Below, one piece after another: positions 10,995 to 20,290 of a stretch of DNA of 64,000 bases. Under the pieces are notes generated by a model that saw only the letters and a list, made by a program, of their open reading frames with translations, was not told where the DNA came from and ran no database searches. Within the stretch, counting starts at the first letter, position 1. Each line of letters begins with the position of its first letter. This DNA is from Armatimonadota bacterium. Lineage in GTDB: Bacteria; Armatimonadota; Hebobacteria; CAIYQO01. The position numbers and the translations under genes are program-made. Location: positions 1-64,000 of the forward strand of contig JBBRXO010000002.1 in assembly GCA_038248345.1 (NCBI GenBank). Direction: 5' to 3'.

Positions 10995-11052
10995 GGCAGT
11001 ATCTCCGTAAACCTGGGGCTTCTATTGCACTATGGATGACTACTCCCCATGT

Positions 11053-12768
11053 CTACTCGGCATATATGACGCGCAATGCCTCTTCCATGGTGGTGATACC
11101 TTCCAGAATCTTCCCCATGGCATCTTGCTTCAGCGATATCATACCTTCATCAAGGGCTGTCTGCCGGATAACATGTGTGGGAGCCTTCTGCAGCACCAAC
11201 TCACGTACATCGTTAGTCATCTCCATAAATTCAAAGATGCCCAAACGACCCTTATACCCAGTGCCGCGGCAGAAACTGCACCCAGCTCCACGATAGAAGG
11301 TGGCATCACTATCCAGCGAGATACCCAGGCGGTGCAATGCTTCTGGCGATGGCGTGTACGATTCTTTGCAACGTGGACAGATGCCGCGCACCAGTCGTTG
11401 TGCCAGGATACCGATAATGGAAGAAGACGAAAGGAACGGCTCAATGCCCATCTCTGTCAAACGTGCGATAGCCCCTGGAGCGTCATTAGTATGCAAGGTA
11501 CTGAATACCAGGTGACCGGTAAGCGCCGCCTCAATAGCGATGGTAGCTGTCTCCTGGTCACGCATTTCACCGACGAGAATAATATCCGGGTCCTGTCGGA
11601 GGAAGGTGCGTAGTACCGCCGGGAAGGTCATGCCCGCACGAACATTCACCGGGGCCTGCGTTAAACCCGCGAGCTGATACTCTACCGGGTCTTCCACAGT
11701 AAGGATGTTTTTTTCTGGGCTATTGAGTGAGTTCAAGGTAGAATAGAGTGTTGTCGACTTACCCGAACCCGTCGGACCGGTGACAAGGATAATACCATAG
11801 CTGCGGTGTATAAGCCGATCGTAGATTTCCATCATTGCCGTGGGAATGCCGAGTTTACTTAAACTGACGGTGATACCACTCTTGTCGAGTACGCGCATAA
11901 CGATCTTTTCGCCATGCACACTCGGGAGCGAAGATACACGAAAATCGTACTCTTTACGATTCATCTTTACTGAAATACGGCCATCCTGCGGGGCGCGTTT
12001 CTCGGAGATATCCATCTCAGCCATAACTTTAATACGGGATAATAACGCCGCCTGCGCCGATTTAGGTACGGTGGTCTCATCCTGCAGAATGCCGTCGATA
12101 CGATAACGTACCCGGACTTTCGTGGCCTCAGGCTGAATGTGAATATCCGAGGCTTTCTCATTCAACGCCTGCTGGATTATCATATTTACCAATTGGATAA
12201 TTGGCGCATCGTCTACCAGTTCACGTAGTTTATCCAGCGAGATGTCATCGTCTTCCTTGGTTCCCTCGTAGGAGATCTCCTCACTATCCACGGTGGCTTC
12301 ATTAACAACACGTCGGATGGTTTCATCCATTCGGTCGCCCGAGGAGAATAGCGATGATATTGCGTTACTCAGATCCTCTTCTATAGTAATGACCGGGTCG
12401 ATCTCTAACCCAGTAGTAAGGCGAATCTGGTCGATGCTGAAGATATCCAGTGGGTTCTGCATCGCAACAGTCAGACGATTGCCACGTTTGGCGATAGCCA
12501 AGGCGCGGCAACGCTGAATAAGATGCTTGGGAATAAGATTTACAATGTCCTGATCTAATTCGTCTTCACGGATTTCGACAAAAGGGACATTCCACTGCCT
12601 GCCCAAAGCCCGGATGCGATCCCGCTCGCTGATCAGACTCATTTTAACCAGCAGCTGCCCCAGCGGTTCGCGTGTACCTTTCTGCACTTGCAAGGCACGA
12701 TCGAGATCTTCCTGACTCAATCCGGTAAGCTCCATTATTACTGATCCATATAAACGATGTCCTGCCAA
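11053..12768 (-). CDS. pilB: Type IV pilus/T2SS assembly ATPase (PilB/GspE)
   Basis: N-terminal MshEN-like region, ASDIHI, GPTGSGKST, RQDPDIILVGEMRD, CxxC...CxxC zinc motif. Confidence 0.93.
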   Translation of the reverse strand: MAGHRLYGSVIMELTGLSQEDLDRALQVQKGTREPLGQLLVKMSLISERDRIRALGRQWNVPFVEIREDELDQDIVNLIPKHLIQRCRALAIAKRGNRLTVAMQNPLDIFSIDQIRLTTGLEIDPVITIEEDLSNAISSLFSSGDRMDETIRRVVNEATVDSEEISYEGTKEDDDISLDKLRELVDDAPIIQLVNMIIQQALNEKASDIHIQPEATKVRVRYRIDGILQDETTVPKSAQAALLSRIKVMAEMDISEKRAPQDGRISVKMNRKEYDFRVSSLPSVHGEKIVMRVLDKSGITVSLSKLGIPTAMMEIYDRLIHRSYGIILVTGPTGSGKSTTLYSTLNSLNSPEKNILTVEDPVEYQLAGLTQAPVNVRAGMTFPAVLRTFLRQDPDIILVGEMRDQETATIAIEAALTGHLVFSTLHTNDAPGAIARLTEMGIEPFLSSSSIIGILAQRLVRGICPRCKESYTPSPEALHRLGISLDSDATFYRGAGCSFCRGTGYKGRLGIFEFMEMTNDVRELVLQKAPTHVIRQTALDEGMISLKQDAMGKILEGITTMEEALRVIYAE

Positions 12769-12797
12769 CGTGAACTACCCCTCTTTATTACGGATAC

Positions 12798-12828
12798 TGC
12801 CCCGGTAACATGATATCATACCGGGGCA
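12798..12828. terminator. Stem-loop between lipoprotein gene and pilB
   Basis: tgccccggta...taccggggca; no clear U-tract. Confidence 0.4.
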
Positions 12829-12871
12829 ACTACCGTGTGTCTTTATTTGTACCGATATCAACTCAATTTAG

Positions 12872-13708
12872 CTACAGATTTGGACTAGCCAAATCCTTGA
12901 CTACATTTACAATCATAGAGTTGATGCTGACATTCCCATCTGGTGTGCGGATTTTCACAGAAACTTTTACGGATATCGCCGGGTAGGTGAATCCACCCGC
13001 CGGGTTCGAAATAGGAGTCAACACCGGTGCTGTCCAACTCGGATTACGAATGTTAGCGTTGTCAAATGCGCCTACATCAGGTGTTGCCGACCACTCAAAT
13101 GTAGCATTCCCGTCGATCCCAATATCAGACATAATTGTTTCGGCAGGTTTACTGGCATCAAAAGGGATGTCCAACATCTTCACTCGCTTGCCCGACTCAA
13201 CGTTTGAATACAGGAAAGGGTTCTTCGGTGGAACATAAGAATCCTTGAAGATGTTGTCATAGTCAAAGGCGAAATAGACTGAAGTACGCGGTATTACCCG
13301 AATATTAAGTTCGGAAGTGGTTTCACCCCCAAGCTTCGTCTTCACATGCAGTTTCAACACAATATTTACCGGCTGTTCATCCTTACCAATATTTGGTGCT
13401 TGCCATACATTCTGCAGCGAATATGGTGCAGTGACCAGAAATATACCCGTTTTAGCAGGATATAGGGGGTCTGGTATGATTGACCACTCAGCGTTTACTA
13501 CACCGTTTTTGGTAGCGTCACTTACGGCAACGTCGGCCTTGATATTCAGGGTGGCACCAGAAGGGAAGTTCTGCAAATCCAGCGCATTATCCAAATTCCA
13601 GGTTATCACCGGATCGAGATCCGGTGAAGGGCCAAAGCATCCGGTTACCCCTATCCCCAATATGAAGAGAGTCGCCGCTACAGATATAATCTTTTGCCAT
13701 TGTTTCAT
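12872..13708 (-). CDS. Lipoprotein with two Ig/PKD-like beta domains, secretin-adjacent
   Basis: Lipobox VTGC; repeated EWS...W.AP pattern. Confidence 0.6.
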   Translation of the reverse strand: MKQWQKIISVAATLFILGIGVTGCFGPSPDLDPVITWNLDNALDLQNFPSGATLNIKADVAVSDATKNGVVNAEWSIIPDPLYPAKTGIFLVTAPYSLQNVWQAPNIGKDEQPVNIVLKLHVKTKLGGETTSELNIRVIPRTSVYFAFDYDNIFKDSYVPPKNPFLYSNVESGKRVKMLDIPFDASKPAETIMSDIGIDGNATFEWSATPDVGAFDNANIRNPSWTAPVLTPISNPAGGFTYPAISVKVSVKIRTPDGNVSINSMIVNVVKDLASPNL

Positions 13709-13720
13709 AATAATCCCTCC

Positions 13721-16700
13721 TTAGTGGGCCGGCGGTGCCAATGCCGCCGGAATAGAGATAATTTGTCCTGTCGCGTTGGCCTTAGCCTGCGCATATTTGA
13801 TGATATTCGGTTGTACCACAATCAACAGCTCCTTACGTTGTGGAGATTTCTTTGTCGAGCTGAATAACCAGTTACCGATTAGCGGAATCTGGCCTAGCAC
13901 CGGGATGCTGGTACGGACAACACTATTAGTGGTCTGGATCATGCCGCCGATTACCAGCATCTCTCCGTCGCGAACCTTGACGGTGGTAGAACAGTTACTG
14001 GTGGTAATCACCGGCAGGTCAACCCCGTTATCTCTGCGGAAGGTCGGGTTATCTGTCACTGATGTGGTGATGTCCAAAGTGATGATACCATCGTTGGTAG
14101 TTTGCGGACGAACCTTCATTACTACACCAGTATCAATTGTTTGGGTGGTAAATACCGGCCCGTTATTCGTCTGATTGGTAACGGTCTGGTAGTAAATCTT
14201 ACCGCCAGCCTGGAAGACCGTCTCTTTGCCTGACTGTACGGTAGTAGAAGGTCTACTTTCAATTCTCGCTTTATTCGTGGATGTTAGCGCCGCCAGACTA
14301 GTGCTGAAGGCGAGGGGGTCGCGGATTATACGCCCAAGCACTAACGGATTGCCACTCTGCGTTTCTCCGGTACCGATCGTGACCCCACCAGGCGTAACAA
14401 CGCCGCCATTCACACCACCCCAGGTGATGCCCAGGTTCTTCACTTGACCTTCGTCAACACTGATAATCGTTGCCGTGATTTGAATCTGCGAAGGCTCAGT
14501 ATCTGTCTCAAGTATCTTGGCTTCCGCTAATTTAACGATATCATCCGGACCCGATAGTTGCAAAATAACGTTATCGCTTGCGCCGGCAGTGGCACCGCCA
14601 AGTGATGCAACTCCAGTACCTGAGTTCGTTGGAGTAGGCGTAGTGCCCATCGTATCAGGGCCAACCGATACCATCAGACCATCTTTGCCATACAGGTCGA
14701 GCAACATCGTTTTGGTACTATCAACTTTAACGAAGCGCAGGATCACTTGTCTGATCACTTTTCTCGGCCCATTGTCCAGACTGTTGAGCGTAGCCAAGGC
14801 CATCTCTACTGTCTCTTTGGGCCCCTGTAACTCAAACTTGCCAATCGGCTCTACAATGCTCAATGTCCCATCTGCCTTACGTACCACTGGCATCCCGAGT
14901 GAGCTGTTGCCCGCGGCTAGGCTGAAGATACTCGGCGGCAAGGTGATGATCGTCAACCCCTTAGCCTCATACTGCCCCAGCAGGTAGTTAATCGCCGTCG
15001 AGGCCGGGATGGAATCAACCTTGGTGACTACCTTGGCCATTGGGATATCGACATCCATAGTATTCAGTGATGCCAGCGCACTGTCGATGACATTCTTTGG
15101 GCCATTCAAAATGATATCGTTGCTGGTCCAATTAGTACTCGTACCGCCAGGCATAGCTGCCCAGTTCGGATTAGGGAGGTAGGATACCTTCAAGCCAGCA
15201 TCCTTATAGCTGTTCTCCAGGTACTGCTTCACCTGTGCCGGAATAAGTGACTTGATATGGTATCTGCTCTCCACAATCGTTGCGGCTGTCGTATTGCCCG
15301 CGCCGGTAGTGGGGAGATCAATGGAGGCAATCAGACCTTTTGCTTCTGCAATGCTGCGCGCCGGACCGACAAGCATCAAGTGTGCATTGACTTCGGTTGC
15401 AATAATATCCTTATAGGCAATTTTCAACGCCTCAATGGCTGCAGCAGGCGAAATATTTGTCAGTGTCAACACTGCATTGGTACTGGCATCTACATTTACA
15501 CCCGGTGCGATATCAATTTTCGCCAGCAAAGTCTTAAGGGATTCGAGATTGTCTTTTGCTCCGACGATGTATATTCGATTGGTTCCCATCCCCATCACCT
15601 TCAGGTCTTTGTAGGTATTGGTGATGGCGGTAGTAGCCTCGGCAATAGTCAACTGCTGCAGTGTGTAGGTAAGATTACCTTCTACTTCAGGATTCCTGTC
15701 AATTAAGTCGAGGAAGTTTTTTGCGCTCTTTAAATTTAACACCGTGCCGATGAGCACGATTTGATTACCAGTCTCACCCACGGGAGCGCTTTTCACATCT
15801 TTATAGGGGAGCTCCAGCGCTTTGGCTACTTCTGCAGGACGCATATACTTCAATGTTACTAACATGTTGGTGATCGGTTCAGGTCCCTGTACCTTTTCAG
15901 TGTCAATGAAATTAAGGAACTTCACCGCTTCCGCCAGACGTGGCGCGGTGCCCGCCAATACCAGCCGATCTACCGGCAGAAAAACGGTTTTAATGTCCTT
16001 ATATACGGTGCCTAATGCCGCGATGGCGTCCTCCTTGGATAACGCCTGCAGTCGATAGGTCACTGTTTCATCAGGTTGCGGCAAATTAACTGCCGCCGAG
16101 GAGGCGTCAATTAACTCCAGCAAGGATTTCGCCGCTTGAAGGCGCTCGGTAGAACCTAGCAGGAGTACCGTACCATTTGAGAAACCTTTCGCACGAACAT
16201 CCCGCGCCGAGAGGCTTATCGCGGTTTCAGCATCAGCCGTCGTCATATTATGGAGCGTTACTACCTGTTGTGTCTCCAGCTGAGGATTTGTCCCGTTTGT
16301 ACTTGGACTGTTTAGAACATTCAGGAAGGAGACGGCGGCCTTCAGCCGTGATGGCGCCCCCATGAGCACAATCCGACTATCCTTCATGGACTTTACCGTG
16401 ACATCTTTGAAAACCACACCCAGTGCTGCTTCTGCATCCGCAGCAGTAACGTTATCCAGTTTCACTACCTGATATATCTCGGAAGCGCTTGTCCCGGAAA
16501 TTGAGGCTGCGGTAAAATCCAACTGATCGATGAAAGATTTAGCGGCCTTGATTCGTGAAATTGAACCCACCAGCAGTACCCGGCCATCGACCGTCTTAAC
16601 CTGCACGTCCTTATACATTACCCCCAGCGCAGCCTCGACATCAGCCGGACTGATCTTTTGTAATGTCAAAATTGCGATCTGTTGATTTTGCACACCGTAT

Positions 16701-17044
16701 TGGTCATCGAGCGCCTTGGCGGTATTCACCACGTAGGTGCCATTGACACTTCGGTATGAATACTCGGTCATGCCGGTGATGACAGACAACGCTTCATCTA
16801 CTGTCATGTCGCTCAGGCGTAAGCTGATTGGGCCTTTGACCGTCGGTGAGATTACGATGTTTGTCCCCGTCGCGGTAGCCAGAGCCTGCAGTACTACCGG
16901 CAATTCAGCATTGACGAAATTCAATGACTGAATCTTCGTTTCTGCGTACGCCGAGCTTACTGCTACTGTCAATGCCAGAATAATTGCGACCTTAGCCGCC
17001 CGGCTCAATCGATAGAGATTTGCGATTATTCGTGCTCCTATCAT
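13721..17044 (-). CDS. pilQ: Secretin (PilQ/GspD family) with N0 plus about 10 tandem N-domains
   Basis: Signal peptide; N0 (LNFVNAEL...NIVISPTVKGPISL); repeated N-domains; C-terminal secretin core (DTGVVMKVRPQ, VRDGEMLVIGG, IPVLGQIPLIG..FS, ELLIVVQP). Confidence 0.9.
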   Translation of the reverse strand: MIGARIIANLYRLSRAAKVAIILALTVAVSSAYAETKIQSLNFVNAELPVVLQALATATGTNIVISPTVKGPISLRLSDMTVDEALSVITGMTEYSYRSVNGTYVVNTAKALDDQYGVQNQQIAILTLQKISPADVEAALGVMYKDVQVKTVDGRVLLVGSISRIKAAKSFIDQLDFTAASISGTSASEIYQVVKLDNVTAADAEAALGVVFKDVTVKSMKDSRIVLMGAPSRLKAAVSFLNVLNSPSTNGTNPQLETQQVVTLHNMTTADAETAISLSARDVRAKGFSNGTVLLLGSTERLQAAKSLLELIDASSAAVNLPQPDETVTYRLQALSKEDAIAALGTVYKDIKTVFLPVDRLVLAGTAPRLAEAVKFLNFIDTEKVQGPEPITNMLVTLKYMRPAEVAKALELPYKDVKSAPVGETGNQIVLIGTVLNLKSAKNFLDLIDRNPEVEGNLTYTLQQLTIAEATTAITNTYKDLKVMGMGTNRIYIVGAKDNLESLKTLLAKIDIAPGVNVDASTNAVLTLTNISPAAAIEALKIAYKDIIATEVNAHLMLVGPARSIAEAKGLIASIDLPTTGAGNTTAATIVESRYHIKSLIPAQVKQYLENSYKDAGLKVSYLPNPNWAAMPGGTSTNWTSNDIILNGPKNVIDSALASLNTMDVDIPMAKVVTKVDSIPASTAINYLLGQYEAKGLTIITLPPSIFSLAAGNSSLGMPVVRKADGTLSIVEPIGKFELQGPKETVEMALATLNSLDNGPRKVIRQVILRFVKVDSTKTMLLDLYGKDGLMVSVGPDTMGTTPTPTNSGTGVASLGGATAGASDNVILQLSGPDDIVKLAEAKILETDTEPSQIQITATIISVDEGQVKNLGITWGGVNGGVVTPGGVTIGTGETQSGNPLVLGRIIRDPLAFSTSLAALTSTNKARIESRPSTTVQSGKETVFQAGGKIYYQTVTNQTNNGPVFTTQTIDTGVVMKVRPQTTNDGIITLDITTSVTDNPTFRRDNGVDLPVITTSNCSTTVKVRDGEMLVIGGMIQTTNSVVRTSIPVLGQIPLIGNWLFSSTKKSPQRKELLIVVQPNIIKYAQAKANATGQIISIPAALAPPAH

Positions 17045-17784
17045 TTGCTACCTCCTGCTATGATTTGCTTGTTACGTTTCCCATCCGTTACAGACATACT
17101 ACTATCTGTTATTCTAGTCACGCTCCACCCGGAACCGGGGATCGCCTGACCCTTAACCACTTGATAATACTGACCATTAAACATGCCGAATGCCATCGGG
17201 CGCGCCTCTGTCATAATGATTCCGCGGAGTCCAAAATCGGGCACCGGCGGCTCAACATCAGCTGCGAGTAACAGGTTGTACGCTTCTAACACTTCCATCG
17301 AAGGCCCTTCTAACGTGAGCATACCGTTTTTAATGGTAACAGTTACACCTGATTTTTCTACAACTGCTTTGGCTGTCTCGCCGTCAATCCACAACAGCTT
17401 GTGCGGTTCACTCTTCATTTTAATATCATCAGACGAATAGTCCGTCCTACCATCGGGCAATTTCCCTATTCCTGTTTTTGAGGTACCAGTTGTACCTTCC
17501 GAAACCGGTGGTTCAACTGTCACAACATCGTCTTTTTTCTTCTCACCGACAAATGGATCACGAACTATCTCACCGACGAGATTATCTACACTCCTGTTGC
17601 GCGCCCAGTCTAAAGGGGCGGACGCTGGTAGAGCATCAACAGTTGTCGTAGATGTTGTAGCCGGCTTGGTTGCGTTAGAAGGTGCCGGGGTTGTCGGTTT
17701 GATGGTGAAATAAACTGCAACCAGCAATCCTACCAGCATTACTCCTAATACAATATATTGAATTGTCTGTTTATTCATGCTCAT
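17041..17784 (-). CDS. PilP/GspC-HR-like protein with N-terminal TM anchor
   Basis: Sits between pilO and secretin; RDPF motif; L.GII...A.......V..G......W.V..I beta domain. Confidence 0.65.
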   Translation of the reverse strand: MSMNKQTIQYIVLGVMLVGLLVAVYFTIKPTTPAPSNATKPATTSTTTVDALPASAPLDWARNRSVDNLVGEIVRDPFVGEKKKDDVVTVEPPVSEGTTGTSKTGIGKLPDGRTDYSSDDIKMKSEPHKLLWIDGETAKAVVEKSGVTVTIKNGMLTLEGPSMEVLEAYNLLLAADVEPPVPDFGLRGIIMTEARPMAFGMFNGQYYQVVKGQAIPGSGWSVTRITDSSMSVTDGKRNKQIIAGGSK

Positions 17785-18491
17785 TTCGCCTCCCCTCCCT
17801 TCAACTTGGCCGCCTTAACTACATCAGATTCTTTCTGATTCTGCGAGGGAATAATAATCGCATACGTTTCGATCGATGTAGTTATCTGCATCTTGCCATC
17901 TTTAATCCCGGAAGGAGTCACCGCAATCGACTTGACGTAAACTAGCTTCTGGAAATTTCGGAGACCATCAAGAAACTTCATCAAACTGGTGTAAGTTCCG
18001 TTAATTGTAAGGCTTATCTTCATCACCTGCGTAGCATTAGCCGGAGCCTTCGGGGCTGCGGCGGGTGTCGCCGCGGCTGCATCCGTAGGTGCGGGTGGCG
18101 GCGGAGGTGCCTGGCTAGCGAATGGCCCCTTTGTAGGATCAAACGGTTTGATATCACCTGGGTTGATTACAATCAGGTCGTTCCCCGTATTAAAAGCGAC
18201 TTTCTGAATCTGCTCCAAGTAGGTCGGGAGGTACTTAACGTCTGTTAGATCCTTGTCAAGCTCACCCTGTAATAATATGTTCCGCTCCAATTCCGCTTTC
18301 AATTCACCTTTTTTGTCTAACTTCTCTTTTAACTCCTTGATCTGCTTCCTGGTGTCCGCATTGGCGGTCACCTTCTTGGTTACCTCAATCATCTGCATTT
18401 GATAACCGACTACTCCAAGGGCCATAATAACCAGGCCTATGGCGATTATGATGACAAGTGCGATAGTGAAACGAGAATTACTCTTTTGCAT
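17781..18491 (-). CDS. pilO: Type IV pilus alignment protein PilO
   Basis: TM, coiled coil, G.Y..L..FL..L.....LV.V..I. Confidence 0.8.
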   Translation of the reverse strand: MQKSNSRFTIALVIIIAIGLVIMALGVVGYQMQMIEVTKKVTANADTRKQIKELKEKLDKKGELKAELERNILLQGELDKDLTDVKYLPTYLEQIQKVAFNTGNDLIVINPGDIKPFDPTKGPFASQAPPPPPAPTDAAAATPAAAPKAPANATQVMKISLTINGTYTSLMKFLDGLRNFQKLVYVKSIAVTPSGIKDGKMQITTSIETYAIIIPSQNQKESDVVKAAKLKGGEAK

Positions 18492-19075
18492 TATAAGTCT
18501 CCTCCTTTCATATCTGCAATTGGAACCGTTACTTCAAAATGTACAGATTTTACTGTGTTGCCCGGGCCAGGCTCAATACTAATGGTACCGACTTTGGTCT
18601 TTTCGTTAGCGGCCCAGTCTGTCTTCGACAAGCTGACCATGTACTCTCCCAACGTTTTCTCATCTGGGGCAGAGCCAGCCATCTTGATATCGACACCTTT
18701 ATCAGTGCTGTTAACAGTGAAACTTGTAATCGTTACACCTGGAAAAGCAAGGCTGATCTTACTGACATCCGCCAGAATGATCATCCACACTGCTTCGCTT
18801 ACTCGCACTTGATTAATCAGCATAATGTGCGGTTTTATCTTATCAATTTCGCTCTGGATTGCATCGTATTCCTTCTTGGATTCCATCCTTGAATCAAGAT
18901 CAGCTTTTTGGTATACCTGGTCTCTGCTCTATGTCGCCAAGGATATCCCCGCAGCCACATTGAGACCTATCATCGCAACGAGCACCACTACTACGAACAT
19001 AGATGACCATCTGATGATGTTCATCTCGCGCAATCGTTTGGCGCGGCGCTCGGCGATCAAGTTAATATTGATCAT
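18491..19075 (-). pseudogene. pilN: PilN interrupted by in-frame TAG at codon 49 (18929-18931)
   Basis: ATG at 19075 overlaps the pilM stop (ATGA); MININLI motif, TM helix, then TAG, and the same frame continues into the 18491-18886 ORF. Confidence 0.85.
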
Positions 19076-20220
19076 CGGCGTGGCTCCTTTTCAAATGCGA
19101 GCATCGGCTCCCGCAATGCGAGTCCCAAAGCCGTAGAAAGTAGCGGTAGCTGGGATTCCAGACCCTCAGCGCCTTCTGGCAAGAGTAGTGCGCCAGAATG
19201 GATTACATTCAATACCTGCACCGGCACTCCGAGTTGTCCGGCAAGGTATTCGCACAGGCCATTCATTTTTGCAGTGCCGCCTGTAAGAATAACTCGCGAG
19301 ACACCTTGGATGGCTGCTGAATCTGGCGTCCGCTGGTAATCATAGAAAGCGAAGGATCGGCGAATCTCGCGAACAAGCTCTTCCAACTCTGGCTCCAGCG
19401 CCCGGCTGGCTTCCTGCCCCAGTGGTGTTAGCATCGCCCGGTCGACTTCATCTGTTACCACCTTAACTTCGTTTTCCTTAACTTCTTCCGCTTGCGATGA
19501 ACTAATGCCCATTGCAGAAGCGATTGCCTCCGTTAGTGCATTGCCCGCAGATGCTACTGATCGTGTCAGTTTGAAGACTCCATCCGAGACGATAGTGATG
19601 GAAGTATAGGTCGCGCCAATATCAACTAATGCCACGGTCTCCTGTACTTGCGACCCCTGCATTAATTCCACTGCGCTTCTCATCAAGGCAAACGGTTCCA
19701 GTTCGATGGCAAGTGGTTCTAATCCAGCCTGTTCCAGCGCCTGGACACGACGATCCACCAGATCTCGCGGGGTGGCTGCCAACATGACGTCCATTTGCGG
19801 TGTACCATCAGCTGCGCTGGTGCCCAGAATCTGCAACTCCACCAGGCTATCTTCTACCGGGAAGGTTATGTAATTACGCGCTTCCCAGTAAATTGATTTG
19901 CGTAACTGGTTCTCTGGCATAGATGGTAGCAATACCTGACGTATTACCACCGAAGGCCCAGCCACCGCGGCAATTGCCAACGGAGTCTGAATCCCTAAAG
20001 TCTGCAACAGTGTATGAATTGCTTCAGCTACTGCCAACTGATTATCAACGACACCCAGCTTGATAGCGTCGGGCGGCGTTGGCGTGCTTCCGGCATGTGT
20101 CAGCAGGTAACCATTGCGTGTATATACGACTTCCACTACCTTAATTGAGTGGCTGCCGATATCAATTCCCACGGTCTCACTGGTGCCGGAGAATCTGCTC
20201 AACAGATTCATATCTGGCAA
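19072..20220 (-). CDS. pilM: Type IV pilus assembly protein PilM
   Basis: GIDIGSHSIK, VDIGATYT, LTGGTA actin-like motifs. Confidence 0.93.
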   Translation of the reverse strand: MPDMNLLSRFSGTSETVGIDIGSHSIKVVEVVYTRNGYLLTHAGSTPTPPDAIKLGVVDNQLAVAEAIHTLLQTLGIQTPLAIAAVAGPSVVIRQVLLPSMPENQLRKSIYWEARNYITFPVEDSLVELQILGTSAADGTPQMDVMLAATPRDLVDRRVQALEQAGLEPLAIELEPFALMRSAVELMQGSQVQETVALVDIGATYTSITIVSDGVFKLTRSVASAGNALTEAIASAMGISSSQAEEVKENEVKVVTDEVDRAMLTPLGQEASRALEPELEELVREIRRSFAFYDYQRTPDSAAIQGVSRVILTGGTAKMNGLCEYLAGQLGVPVQVLNVIHSGALLLPEGAEGLESQLPLLSTALGLALREPMLAFEKEPRR

Positions 20221-20290
20221 CTCCTCTCCCGATGCGAATACTATGCATCAATCCTGACTCTAGAATATCAACTACTGACATACTACCAGG

